Translations under genes and position numbers: made by a program
Shown: positions 19,565 through 30,895 of the stretch, piece by piece
Layout of the letters: each line of letters starts with the position of its first letter
Numbering within the stretch: the first letter of the stretch is position 1
Source of the DNA: an uncultured cyanobacterium
Lineage (GTDB): Bacteria; Cyanobacteriota; Cyanobacteriia; CAKZMO01
Length of the DNA: 64,000 bases
Direction: 5' to 3'
Assembly: GCA_963719515.1 (NCBI GenBank)
Contig: CAVRCJ010000007.1
Location: forward strand, 96,001-160,000
Notes under the pieces: model-generated
What the model was told of the DNA's origin: nothing
Databases searched by the model: none
Seen by the model: only the letters and a program-made list of their open reading frames with translations

Positions 19565-22500
19565 TTACCGAGGCGTCGGGTTTGTCCGGTCCTCGATAGC
19601 CCCCTCCGACTGGTGTACGATCGCCCGCAGCGCCTCCACGCGCTCTGGAGGGGCCTGCCACAGCTTACGCTGGTGCGCTTCTAGCAGTCGCTCTGCCATA
19701 TCCCGCAGTGCCCAGGGGTTTTTTTCCTGCACGAAAGCCTGTACTCCCTTGTCGAGTACGTAGGCCTCGGCTACGCCGTCGTACATATGGTCGGCGACGC
19801 AGCCTGTGGTGGCGTCATAGGCGAATAGGTAGTCCACCGTAGCCGCCATCTCAAAAGCCCCTTTGTAGCCATGGCGCATGACGCCTCGAATCCACTTGGG
19901 GTTGACGACCCGCGAGCGATAGACTCGGGCGATCTCCTCTCCGAGCGGGCGAACGCGGGGACGCTCAGGCACGGCGTTGTCGCCAAGATAGACGCTGGGA
20001 TCACCCCCCTGGGACCGCACCGCCGCCGTGAGTCCCCCCTGAAACTGGTAGTAGTCGTCAGAATCTAACAAATCATGCTCTCGGTTGTCTTGGTTGTGCA
20101 GCACCACCTGCATCTGCTGCAGCCGCTGCTGAAAGGCTTCCGGCGCGGCTTTGCCCTCGCGGCCCGTATAGGCGTAGCTGCTCCAGTTGATGTAGGCCCG
20201 CGCTAAGTCGCTGGCGTCCGTCCAGTTTTGCCCTTCGATCAGCCCTTGAAGCCCTGCCCCGTAGGCACCCGGCTTAGAGCCAAATACGCGGTAGTGCGAT
20301 CGCGTTTCGGCCTGCTGGGGCAAGAGTCCCGCAGATTGCCATTGGGCCATATCCGCGTTCACCTGCGCCGCTAAGGGGTTGTCCTCAGCGCGCTCCTCCA
20401 GCGCTGCTACCGCCTCAACCGCCCGATGAAATAGATCGATCAGACCGCTGAAGGCATCGCGGAAAAAGCCCGATACCCTTAAGGTCACGTCAACGCGCGG
20501 ACGCCCCAGGGTCGCCACAGGCAAAATCTCAAAATCTACCACGCGCCGAGAGGGACCATCCCATACGGGCTGTACCCCCAGCAGCGCCAGCGCCTCGGCA
20601 ATGTCGTCGCCGCCCGTGCGCATGGTTGAGGTGCCCCACACCGAGAGCCCCAGCGTTTTGGGATACTCGCCGTGCTCTTGGGTGTAGTGGTCGATTAAGG
20701 TCTCTGCGGCTCGACGCCCCACGTCCCAGGCGCTGGGGGTTGGAATAGCGCGGCTGTCGACGCTGTAGAAGTTGCGCCCTGTGGGAAGCACGTCGCTGCG
20801 CCCTCGGGTGGGGGCACCTGAGGGGCCGCTGGGCACGTAACCTCCCGCGAGACCCTGGAGGAGAGCGGTAATTTCCTGGCGGGTCTGCGCTAGGGCGGGC
20901 AAGAGCCGTTGGGCGACCCAGATTAGCTCTTGGGCCAAACCTATATCGGCTGTGAGCTTGTGGGGAGGCTCTCCCGAAATGAGCTTTTCCACAAGTCGGC
21001 CCGCCGCCGCTTCGATTGCTTCTACAGCGTCTCCTACAGTGCGGCAGCCGCCCAAAGCAGGATGATCGGCCTGGAGCGGTTCCCCTAGATTGGCGGTGAG
21101 CGGGTCTAAATCGAGCCGCCACGCGGCGGCGATCGCCCGGGTGAGGCCCATCCGCCCCGGGTCAGGGTAGCGGGCGATCGCCACCGCCAGATCTCGCTGC
21201 TGATCTCCCTGGGGGGGCTGACCGAAGATATGTAGCCCATCTCGAATCTGAGATTCTTTCAGCTCGCACAGGTAGCCATCAGCCTGGGTAATAAAAGCCT
21301 CAACGTCAGGTCCCCCTGAGGAGCGAGCTGTTTACTGCGGTCTGCGGTGACTGGGAGGCCCAGCCCAGGTCTTTATCTAGCTGCGCCTGCTGCAGCAAGG
21401 CCATGAGGCGATCGCGGATGGCCGGGAGACGTCCCGGATCCAAGCTTTGAGCCTCATAGTATTCATCCACCATAGCCTCAAGCTGCAGCAGCGGCCCGTA
21501 GAGCTCGGCCCGCGTGAGGGGAGGGGTTAGGTGGTCGATGATTACGGCTTGGGCACGCCGCTTAGCCTGAGAGCCTTCTCCAGGATCGTTGACGATGAAG
21601 GGGTAGAGGTGGGGCAGCGGGCCAAAGGCCGCTTCCGGGTAGCAGTTTTCTGAAAGGGCGATGCTTTTGCCGGGCAGCCATTCCAGATTGCCGTGCTTGC
21701 CCAGATGCACCACGGCGTGGGCGTCAAAGGCCTGTCGGATCCAGTGGTAGAACGCCAGATAGTCGTGGGTCGGGGCGAGGTCGGGGGCGTGGTAGCTCAA
21801 GCTGGGGTCGGCGTCGTAGCCCCGCGAGGGTTGGATACCCACGAAGATATTGCCGTATTGCCGACCGAAAACTGGGATGGTCCCGCCCGTCGCCGTGATC
21901 AGCTGCTGCCACCGCTCCGTAACCCCTTGCCTGACGGCCTCGGGCAGCCCTTGAAAATACGTCCAGTAGTCTTCCAAGGCCAGTCCCTGATTGGGCGACT
22001 TCAGCTCCCGCGCCTCGGGGTCGTTGGTGGGGCCAGCGGTGAGCTGCCGGATCAGCTCGTCTCCGGTTTGAGGACTGTCGCCGACCATGTAGCCCGCCTG
22101 CTGCAACGCTGCCAGCACCTGAATACAGCTGGCGGGGGTGTCGAGGCCCACCCCATTGGCGATGCGTCCGTCCCGGTTGGGGTAGTTGGCGAGGATGAGG
22201 GCGATGCGACGCGCTTGGGGAGGCGTTTGCCGCAGCCGTACCCACCGAGCCGCCAAATCGGCTACGAACTGGACGCGATCGCCCACGGGACGGTAGGTGA
22301 CGACGTCGGTTTCTAGCTGTTGGCTTGTGGTGGCGATCGCCTTGAAAGAGACGGCCCGGCTGATGATCCGGCCATCTACCTCCGGTAGCGCCACGTTCAT
22401 GGCCATGTCTCGGGGAGACAGCCCTTGCCACCGCTGCTGCCACTGATCTTGAGTGCCGCCGCTGAGGATGACCTGCAGCACCGGTACGTTTAGCCTGTGC

Positions 22501-23345
22501 CAAAGGGCCGGGCTGGGATCTGCGTGATCTAGCTGGGCGATGGCAAAGCTGGTGGTATTGAGGATGAGCTGGGCCTGAGGCAGCTGTTGGGCAACTTGGT
22601 CTTGAACCTCGGGCTCCCGCAAAGAGGAGACGAACAGCGGTTTAGGAGTGAGCTGCCGCTGCGCTAAAGCCGCGCAGAGCGCCTCAACGGGTGCTGTATT
22701 GCCCGAGAGGTAGTGGGCACGATAGAACAGCAGGCCGACTTCAGGAAACGGGACTCCGTCCGGCTGGGCCGCTTTACCCGTTACGTCCTGGCTAGCCCAG
22801 GGGTAGGGGCCGACGCGGGGCACAGACTGGGGCAGCGGCGGGTCGTATTGGGCGCAGAGTCCAACGGCAGCGGCATACTGCAGGGCGTGGGTGGTATTGG
22901 CCAAGCCCCCTTCGGTGAAGTAGCGCCAGAGCCGGTCAGCGATCGCCAGAGAGACTGTCGAATGACTCATCAGGTGAGGGTCCGGGCGATCGTCCCCTGG
23001 AACCACGACCAGCTTTGCGCCAGAGGCAATAGCGCTCTGCTTCACCACTTCGAGTCCGTAGGGCCAGTATGCGACGCCCCCCAAAAGCCGCAGCACAATT
23101 ACGCGGGCACGGGAGAGGATATCTTCGGCGTAGGCATCGACCGTGAGCTGCTGCTGAAGCTGCAGCAGGCTGGCGACCCTGACTGCTGGAAAAGACGGAG
23201 GGAGGGTCGCTGCGGCGCGAACCAAAGATTGAATATCGGTGTCGGCTGCAGTCAGAACGACGATGGGTGCAGGCTGCTGGTCAATAAAAATGACGCCGTC
23301 GGTGTCGGGCGTCCATCCTCCGGGCATTGTAGCTAAGCGATGCAT
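19565..23345 (-). pseudogene. cobN: Cobaltochelatase subunit CobN, interrupted by a +1 frameshift at ~21309-21331 (real lesion, recoding or sequencing error)
   Basis: The 5' part (MHRLA..., HLGKHGNLEWLPGK, DHLTPP) stops at TGA 21308-21306. The +1 frame continues GPDVEAFITQADGYLCELKESQIRDGLHIFG...LPTGRNFYS...HGYKGA. The joined product would be ~1259 aa. Confidence 0.9.
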
Positions 23346-23559
23346 CGTATTATCTTCATGCAAGTATCACGAAATTCTTTAGATTCGCGGGGGGGGATTA
23401 AGGGGCGAGATAACATTACAAGTGCTCAGACCTACTGCAGGTGGGCTCTTTAGAAGGACCACTCTTAAGGCCCCCTTTGCCCCATGAGTCCCTGCCCCCT
23501 CGATATCTTTGATATCACCGCCGTGGCGCTCTTGGCGCGATGTTCTACAGCGATCATCT

Positions 23560-25402
23560 ATGGCCAGTTTCGACCCAACGTTTCGCTATCAGCTGTCGAC
23601 GAGTCTATTTCAGCACTTGCGCAATAGCTTTCATCAGGTCTACCAGCTTGGCGATGCGAATTTTCCGCAGTCCATACTCTACGTCTTGACAGAGACGTCT
23701 TTGGACCTCGATCCGTCTAGGTTGGAGAACATTGACCATTTTAGTCTAGTGGTCTCAGATACGGTTGGGGCGCTGCTAATTGCTCAGCGATCGCAGCTCG
23801 CCCCCTCCAATTCTGCTACCCAGCCTCGAGCATGGAGCTCAACCCAAGAGCAGTACGCAGTTGACCTGCTGGATGGAGAAGCCGTCGCTCAGTTTGTGGA
23901 CTGGCTAGCCGAGCAGCTGCCATCAGACTCGGACCATCTTCCCGTCATCCGGCAGGTGCGGCAGCTTTGCGGCCCCTCGACCAGTCACCGTTTGGTCGTC
24001 GAACTGATGCTAGAGAGCCTATCTCAGATTGAACGGCGGCTCGCACCCAACCCACTTCTGACAGCGCAGACGGCGGCACCGTGCTACAGCCCTCTGTCCT
24101 CTGCGCTGTCGCACCACCTACCGCTCGAACAGGAGTCACAGACAATGACAGAGACTCGCGTCACCCCCACCCCCTCAGCCCCTGCGGCAGCCTCTGATTT
24201 GTCTTCTAGCCCCTCAGGTCAGCCTCTCACTGCGGCCGGTACCCTCGATCTCTTTGAGCCGGAATACGCGCTGGCGGAACGGGCAAAGAACGTCTTTTTG
24301 GCTTCGGTGAACCACGAGCTGCGTACGCCGCTGACCTATATCCTGGGGATGTCTACCACTCTGCTGCGCTGGCTTGATGATGGCGCTGACGCGGCGCTCA
24401 AGCGCGCAGCAGCGCCACTACTTGGAGAGTATCTATAACCAGGGTAAGCATCTGTTAGAGATAATCAACAGTATGCTTGATCTCTCCCAAAGCGAGCTGG
24501 GGCAGATGACGTTAAACATTCAGCAGGTTTCCCTCTCCGCGCTTATTCAAGACTGTTTACAGGACTATCGCCTTAACGCCGAGAACCGCAGCATCACCCT
24601 GACCCTAGAGACTTCTGCAGAGCCTCCCCATGACGGCGTCGCCGCCGACCCCCATCGTCTTAAGCAGGTGATTGCTATCTTACTAAGCAACGCGGTTAAG
24701 TTTACTCCGGCGGGGGGCTGTATCGCCGTGCGGCTGTCGCTGAACGAGGCCGAGGCAATTATCCAAGTGCAGGATACTGGAATTGGCATTGCCGAGCACC
24801 ACCAGACCATCATCTTTCGGAAATTCAAGCAGCTTGACGACTCGTACCACCGGCAGTACGAGGGCACTGGCATAGGACTTGCCCTGGCAAAACAGCTCGT
24901 CGAGCTTCACAACGGCTGCATCACCTGCGACTCTTCCCTAGAGGCTGGGGCTTTGTTTACGGTGCGGCTACCCCGTGCGCCAGCGCTGGGAATGCCGCTG
25001 AGCTGCACCGTCCCGACGGGCCACCTCGGACGCCGCATACTGCTCGTCGATGGTCAGAGTGAGTCGGCTCGTGCGATCGCCGATCGGGTGACGGCAGTGG
25101 GGTGTCAGTTGATCTGGATGCTGGAGGGGCGTCGGCTTGTGAAGGAAGTCGGGGCGCTGCAGCCCGACTGCGTTATTGTCGGGTCGCACATCACTGATGT
25201 AGATAGCCGGGAGCTGATCTACTCGCTGCGTCAAGCTTTGCCGAGGGTGCTAATTGCGGCTGTAGACGATGGGCGCAGCGCAGAAGCGCTGGACCTACGG
25301 CATCACTATCAAAGCTTGGGGGTTGACAGCGTCCTGAGCACGCAGGTAGACATCGACAATCTGCTCGAAGGCCTCCGCCAGGACGGCCCGCGATCGCATT
25401 AG
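23560..25402 (+). pseudogene. CikA-like hybrid sensor histidine kinase (HisKA-HATPase-pseudo-receiver, no recognisable GAF), +1 frameshift near 24400
   Basis: Frame 1 reads FLASVNHELRTPLTYILGMSTTLLRW. Frame +1 reads SAQQRHYLESIYNQG...LLSNAVKFT...DTGIGI...GTGIGL. The receiver-like tail has PDCVIVG, lacking the phospho-Asp. Confidence 0.8.
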
Positions 25403-25424
25403 GGCAATTGCGCTTACCAGTGGC

Positions 25425-27323
25425 TTACCAACGAGGCTGGAGCCCTTGATCGCGCAGGTAGTCCTGGAGGTCAGAAATACGCCCTTCAGGAACGATGTCT
25501 GCCGGAGCGAGCTGGGGAGCCTGTGTGATTAGCCAACCTGCCGTAGCGCCCGAAGCTGCCCCAATGTTCCACTCGCTGTGGTGTATTCGGGTGACGGAGT
25601 TGGCGATGTGGGTAACGGCGATCGCCTTTCCGCCGACCATCATATTGTCCAGCTCTTGGGGGATGAGGCTTTCGAGAGGAATGTGGGTTGGTCGGACGTT
25701 TTGCTCGTTGGTGGGGGCGCTAGAAGCTTCATGGGAGGGCATCCAATTGCGGTAGCGACAGCCGTGGATATCCATATCGTAATGGGCGATAGCCACCGAA
25801 GTGGGCGTAAAGTCTCGGCCACCGCCCTGGTCCCAGCGCATATCCGCTTGCCGCACCATAAAATCAAGCTGGCCGTAAGCGTCACGCCCCAAAATGCGCC
25901 GCCCTTCGCGGATGTAGGGCACCATACTCAGCCCGGTTTGGGTGCCCATGGGTGCGCCCCCAAATAGATGGGCCAAGGGCTTGTCGGGCTGCTCTTGGGT
26001 TTCAATCAGCCAGCGGGAGAACAGCAGGGCGTGAATAGCGCCGTGCTTTAGGGCACTGGCGGAGAGCCCTCCCATCCAATTGTCAAACTGATCTGTCTCT
26101 AAGAGGCGATCGCGGTTGAGAATCAGCGGTGGATCCATCACGTTCCAGTCGTTCCCCGGGTGCCAATTCACCAAGGTCACGTCCCCCAGAACGGGCGTTC
26201 CGGCGGTAGGGCTATTCTGGGCCAGGCTGATCATGCGGCGGTAGTTAAAGAAGCTGCGCCCCGAGAACATGGAAAATCTGCCGAGAGAGTAGCTGTCCCA
26301 ATGTTCTTCAATATTAAATTCAGGCTCGAACTGAAGCAGGTGCTGATAGCTTGCACCGTCGTCCTCTGCGATCGCCAGGGCAAAGGGAAAGGTGAAAGCC
26401 TGAGTACAGTCTGGGTTGTCTTGCTCAGCGGCGTGCTGTTCGCCCGTAGTTTGCCAGGAGTCTGACCCCAGGCGATAGGGCACATCGGCCCAGGCTACAA
26501 GCTCCCCGGTGTCGGTGGCGTCAATGACAATCCAGGGCTTGTCGTTCGGCGGCACTAGGCGCAGCGGCACTTTCGCGAAGGTATCATCGCTTGACCAGGA
26601 ATACCACGCGGGAAGCTCTTGCCACAGCTTTCCTTCGGGCAAGTAGGTGCTCTGGCGAGGCACCCGGCGTACGGCCTGAACCGCTGTAATGTGGCGGCCG
26701 CTGTCGTCAAATTCTGCCCCTTTAAAGGCTGTGGAGGTGGCCCAGCGACTCCCAGGCGATCGCTCAGAAGACTGGGCAAGCAGGGCTTGAGCCGCTAGCG
26801 AACCTGCCGTGGGGGGAAAGCACAGCGCCCCTACCCAACAGCTGTTGAGTTCTGCAACGGATTTAGAGGGGCCGGCCCAGGTGGGAAGATTGACAATCTG
26901 CTGGCGGATGAGCTGTTTGATTTCATTCCAGCTTGCCGATGTGTTTTGAGAGCGGCGCACCAAGCGTGACTCGTCGATGGCGGAGACGCCCTGAGAGCTG
27001 ATCTGACCGCCTAGCCAGGGCGTCAGCTCAATTAGGCAGGTTTGTGCTCCCGAGCGCATCGCCTGCGACGCCGCCGCGACGCCCCCCAGCGAGCCCCCGA
27101 CCACCAGCACCTCGCAGGTCCACTCATCTTCAAACGAGTGGCGGGCAACGTCTGCTAGGGGTAAGAGCTGCTGGAGGCCTGCGTTCGCCTCGGTCGGTGA
27201 GGAGGCGGCGGGTTCTGCCGAGAACCAGCGCCAGACGGAGACCCCTATGAAGCTGCCGTAGAAGGCAGCGGCAATACCAACAAATGATGTGAGCTGACGG
27301 CGAGGATGTGAGAAATACTTCAC
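25425..27323 (-). CDS. FAD-dependent oxidoreductase, N-terminally anchored
   Basis: VLVVGGSLGGVAAA, WLGGQISSQGVSAIDE, IDATDTG, PYIREGRR; GTG start. Confidence 0.85.
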   Translation of the reverse strand: MKYFSHPRRQLTSFVGIAAAFYGSFIGVSVWRWFSAEPAASSPTEANAGLQQLLPLADVARHSFEDEWTCEVLVVGGSLGGVAAASQAMRSGAQTCLIELTPWLGGQISSQGVSAIDESRLVRRSQNTSASWNEIKQLIRQQIVNLPTWAGPSKSVAELNSCWVGALCFPPTAGSLAAQALLAQSSERSPGSRWATSTAFKGAEFDDSGRHITAVQAVRRVPRQSTYLPEGKLWQELPAWYSWSSDDTFAKVPLRLVPPNDKPWIVIDATDTGELVAWADVPYRLGSDSWQTTGEQHAAEQDNPDCTQAFTFPFALAIAEDDGASYQHLLQFEPEFNIEEHWDSYSLGRFSMFSGRSFFNYRRMISLAQNSPTAGTPVLGDVTLVNWHPGNDWNVMDPPLILNRDRLLETDQFDNWMGGLSASALKHGAIHALLFSRWLIETQEQPDKPLAHLFGGAPMGTQTGLSMVPYIREGRRILGRDAYGQLDFMVRQADMRWDQGGGRDFTPTSVAIAHYDMDIHGCRYRNWMPSHEASSAPTNEQNVRPTHIPLESLIPQELDNMMVGGKAIAVTHIANSVTRIHHSEWNIGAASGATAGWLITQAPQLAPADIVPEGRISDLQDYLRDQGLQPRW

Positions 27324-27431
27324 GTTGCAGACGTACTAAAAAAATGAATACGAAACGGCTGTCAGAATTAAGCTAGACCAGGTATCAGCTCCCTTGCTCA
27401 ATACTACAGGGTCTGCCCTCCGTCTACGCGG

Positions 27432-27453
27432 GTTCCCAGCTAGTTCCCAGCTA
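27432..27453 (+). repeat. 11-bp tandem duplication
   Basis: GTTCCCAGCTA twice, in an intergenic region. Confidence 0.75.
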
Positions 27454-27543
27454 GCTTTCTGTGGGGTTTGGGTTAGCCTTACAGCTATCTGGTTGGCCTA
27501 CAGGCATGTTAAAGGCCACGCCTGAATGCCGCTGAAGCCGCAT

Positions 27544-28419
27544 TCAGGGTTTAGAGCTCCCCGGTGCCAAAAAAGATTTTAGATGCTGATGATAGGTACT
27601 GGGATCTTCGAGCATCGGGAAATGGGCTGTATTGGGGATGGTCACCTGCTCAACTTGGGAACTGAGCGCGGCGGCGTTGATGCCCAGCTGGGCGGGGATG
27701 ATTTGGTCGTGCTCGCCCGAAATCAGAAGCGTGGGCACCTGGAGGGCCGCAAATTCTTTTGGCATCTCTTCTGAGGCGCGCTGGCTAACGGCGGTGTAGA
27801 CCGTCCCCATAGCGGCTTCGCCATCGGCCAGTAGGTAGTCTTCTAGAAACGCAATGCGCTCGGGTTTAGGAATCGGGCGATAGAGGAATCGGGTCATAAA
27901 GACCTGGTCAACGCCTGGGATGCGGCTGAGCCAAGAGGGCCGCAGGGCAACGACGCCCCGGCTAGCCTGGTGAAAGAGCTTAAATGCCCAGGGCACGTAT
28001 TCAAAAATGCCGCTACAGGTGAGAACTGCCTGCTGGACGCGATCGCCATACCGGTTGAGGAACAGAACGGCGATGGAGGCTCCCGTTGAGTGGGCGTTGA
28101 GGTAGACCTGCTCTAGACCTAGATGGTCGAGAAGCAGCGCCAGATCGTCGGCGTAGCCCTCTAGCTCGTAGCCCAGCGCCGCTACATCAGGGGAAAGGGG
28201 GCGGGGAATGCGCGATCGCCCAAACCCCCGCAGGTCATAGAGCAGACAGTCGAAGTGATCGGTGAGCGCCTGGGCCGTGCTCATCCAGTAGCGCAGAGAG
28301 CCGCCCCAGCCGTGAATGAACACCATTACGGGTTTGCTGGGCTGGTGCTGATCGCGCTCGCCCGTGGCGGTAACCCAGCGGTAGAAGTGCGGCACACCCC
28401 GAATGTCTACGTACGCCAT
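27544..28419 (-). CDS. Alpha/beta fold hydrolase
   Basis: FIHGWGG, YDLRGFGRS, nucleophile elbow AHSTG, AHFPMLE. Confidence 0.9.
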   Translation of the reverse strand: MAYVDIRGVPHFYRWVTATGERDQHQPSKPVMVFIHGWGGSLRYWMSTAQALTDHFDCLLYDLRGFGRSRIPRPLSPDVAALGYELEGYADDLALLLDHLGLEQVYLNAHSTGASIAVLFLNRYGDRVQQAVLTCSGIFEYVPWAFKLFHQASRGVVALRPSWLSRIPGVDQVFMTRFLYRPIPKPERIAFLEDYLLADGEAAMGTVYTAVSQRASEEMPKEFAALQVPTLLISGEHDQIIPAQLGINAAALSSQVEQVTIPNTAHFPMLEDPSTYHQHLKSFLAPGSSKP

Positions 28420-28459
28420 AGCTATTGAGTCAAAAATGCTTGTTAATAGGGGCCTAGCG

Positions 28460-29797
28460 CTATGCCGATTCTGGCTTAGGCAGCGAAGAGGGGTGCAGCA
28501 GCAGCTCTGCGGTAGATCGCTTTTCCACCATCTCTCGGGTGATAGAGCAGCGGGTGACGTCGCTGCGGGACGGCAGCTCGTACATCACGTCCAGCATCAG
28601 CTCCTCGACGATACCTCGCAGGGCGCGGGCGCCAGTTTTGCGGCGATAGCCTTCTCGGGCGATCGCTCGAATGGCGTCTTGATGAAACTCTAGCTGCACG
28701 TTGTCCATGCGCATCAGCTTTTGGTACTGCTTCACCAGCGAGTTTTGAGGCTCCATTAAAATGGCCACCAGCATCTCTTCATCCAGCGGCTCTACCACGG
28801 CAACCACAGGAACGCGGCCAATAAATTCAGGAATCATGCCAAACTTCACCAGATCGTCTGATTCCATGTGCTGGAGCACGTCCACCATGCGCCGGTCTTT
28901 GCCAAACTGGCTTTCTCCCGGCTGGACAAAGCCGATGGATTTCTTGCCGATGCGCTGCTCCACCGTCTTCTCTAGACCCACAAACGCGCCGCCGCAGATA
29001 AAGAGAATGTTGGTGGTGTCGATCTGAATGCAGTCCTGGTAGGGGTGCTTTCGCCCGCCTTGGGGCGGCACGTTGGCCACCGTGCCCTCCAGCATTTTGA
29101 GCAGCGCCTGCTGAACGCCTTCGCCCGAAACGTCTCGCGTGATGGAAGGGTTCTCGCTCTTGCGGGCGACCTTGTCAATTTCGTCGATATAGATGATGCC
29201 GCGCTGAGCCTCTTCCACATCTAGATCCGCTACCTGCAGCAGCCGCAGCAAAATATTCTCAACGTCTTCACCGACGTAGCCCGCCTCCGTTAAGGTGGTC
29301 GCGTCGGCGACGGCAAAGGGCACATCCAGCATCTCGGCCAGCGTCTGAGCCAGCAGGGTCTTGCCGCAGCCCGTAGGGCCAATCAGCAAAATGTTTGACT
29401 TTTGCAGCTGCACGGGGTCGTCGGTTTTGCCGCTGCGCTTGCTCTGCTCGTAGCTCAGGCGCTTGTAGTGGTTGTAGACGGCAACCGAAAGCACCTTTTT
29501 AGCCTCATCCTGGCCAATGACGTGCTTATCGAGGTGTCGCTTGATTTCAACCGGCTTAGGGACTTGGCTCAGAGAGATGTAGGAGCCGCGACCCTGGCGC
29601 TTTTCGGCTTGCTCGCGGCGGGGGGGCGGCTGGGGAACTGCTGCACTAGAATCAAACAATTCCTCATCTAGAATCTCATTGCATAGGTCGACACATTCAT
29701 CACAAATGTAGACGCCCGGTCCCGCAATGAGCTTGCGAACCTGCTCCTGGGACTTGCCGCAGAAGGAGCATTTGAGATGGGAATCGTATTTAGACAT
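28460..29797 (-). CDS. clpX: ATP-dependent Clp protease ATP-binding subunit
   Basis: CSFCGK zinc finger, [19 protein letters not shown] loop. Confidence 0.98.
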   Translation of the reverse strand: MSKYDSHLKCSFCGKSQEQVRKLIAGPGVYICDECVDLCNEILDEELFDSSAAVPQPPPRREQAEKRQGRGSYISLSQVPKPVEIKRHLDKHVIGQDEAKKVLSVAVYNHYKRLSYEQSKRSGKTDDPVQLQKSNILLIGPTGCGKTLLAQTLAEMLDVPFAVADATTLTEAGYVGEDVENILLRLLQVADLDVEEAQRGIIYIDEIDKVARKSENPSITRDVSGEGVQQALLKMLEGTVANVPPQGGRKHPYQDCIQIDTTNILFICGGAFVGLEKTVEQRIGKKSIGFVQPGESQFGKDRRMVDVLQHMESDDLVKFGMIPEFIGRVPVVAVVEPLDEEMLVAILMEPQNSLVKQYQKLMRMDNVQLEFHQDAIRAIAREGYRRKTGARALRGIVEELMLDVMYELPSRSDVTRCSITREMVEKRSTAELLLHPSSLPKPESA

Positions 29798-29806
29798 GGT
29801 TGTGCC

Positions 29807-29854
29807 TCTTAATCACCTGCCGTCTTAATCATCTGCCGTCTTAATCGTCTGCCG
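29807..29854. repeat. 16-bp tandem repeat x3 in the clpP-clpX spacer
   Basis: TCTTAATCACCTGCCG TCTTAATCATCTGCCG TCTTAATCGTCTGCCG. Confidence 0.9.
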
Positions 29855-29891
29855 CCCAGGGCCAAATCGTTCTAAGCCGGATGGTCACCCC

Positions 29892-30554
29892 TCAAACTTT
29901 GGAAATCACCTGATCAATCAGACCGTACTCTTGAGCTTCCGCCGCCGACATAAAGAAATCTCGCTCAGTGTCTGCCTCAATCTTGTCGATGGGCTGCTTG
30001 GTGTGATGGGCCAACATCTGGTTGAGCCGCTGCTTGAGATATAGAATCTCTTTAGCCTGAATTTCGATGTCAACCGCCTGCCCTTGGGCTCCCCCTAGCG
30101 GCTGGTGGATCATGATGCGGGAACTCGGTAGCGACATGCGCTTACCAGCAGCGCCACCCGCCAGTAAAAACGCACCCATGCTAGCGGCAAGCCCAAAGCA
30201 GATAGTTGCAACATCTGGGCGTACCTGCTGCATGGTGTCATAGATGGCCATGCCAGCGGTCACCGATCCACCCGGTGAGTTGATGTACAGCTGAATGTCT
30301 TTTTCAGGCTCTTCAGCGTCGAGAAACAAAAGCTGAGCCACGATAGAGTCGGCAACCTCGTCTGTGACTTGAGAGCCTAGAAAAACAATGCGCTCTCTCA
30401 GCAGCCTAGAGTAGATGTCAAATGCCCGCTCTCCTCGCCCAGACTGCTCTACAACAGTCGGGACAACGCCAGAAGGATGGGAGGTAGATGCCATCGTCAG
30501 CAGTGAGGAGGGCTGTTGTGAGTGGAAAGAGGTCGTGCGGTAGCTCGTAATCAT
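29892..30554 (-). CDS. clpP: ATP-dependent Clp protease proteolytic subunit
   Basis: [23 protein letters not shown] (Ser), MIHQP (His), ERD (Asp). Confidence 0.97.
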   Translation of the reverse strand: MITSYRTTSFHSQQPSSLLTMASTSHPSGVVPTVVEQSGRGERAFDIYSRLLRERIVFLGSQVTDEVADSIVAQLLFLDAEEPEKDIQLYINSPGGSVTAGMAIYDTMQQVRPDVATICFGLAASMGAFLLAGGAAGKRMSLPSSRIMIHQPLGGAQGQAVDIEIQAKEILYLKQRLNQMLAHHTKQPIDKIEADTERDFFMSAAEAQEYGLIDQVISKV

Positions 30555-30895
30555 GTCAACGTTTAAATGCGGGGAGAATCAGGGAAGTTTGCATTAATAA
30601 AGGAGGAGTTGATGGCGTAAAGTCACGCTATGAGCTGCCCAAGGTGGGTACGCTTCTATCAACCAATTCCTACAGCCCGGCTTTTGCCAATTGCCAGCTA
30701 TGAAGCCTGTATTTTGGTTAGATCCAGTTGGGGTGACCAACTGAACTGAGTCCGGTGCTCCTATCCGCCATTATGCCTTAACTCTTTAGAAAGTTGCGGT
30801 GCCTGTAAAAGACCGTCGAAATCGCTGAGGCACTCAGTAGGTCCGGTCACCTACGGCTCAAATTACCTATGACCCAAATCACTGATGGCCTAGAG

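Noticed and set aside
23364..23559. Possible cobalamin riboswitch upstream of cobN
   Set aside because: I could not find B12-box or other conserved riboswitch elements; an Infernal scan would be needed to exclude it.
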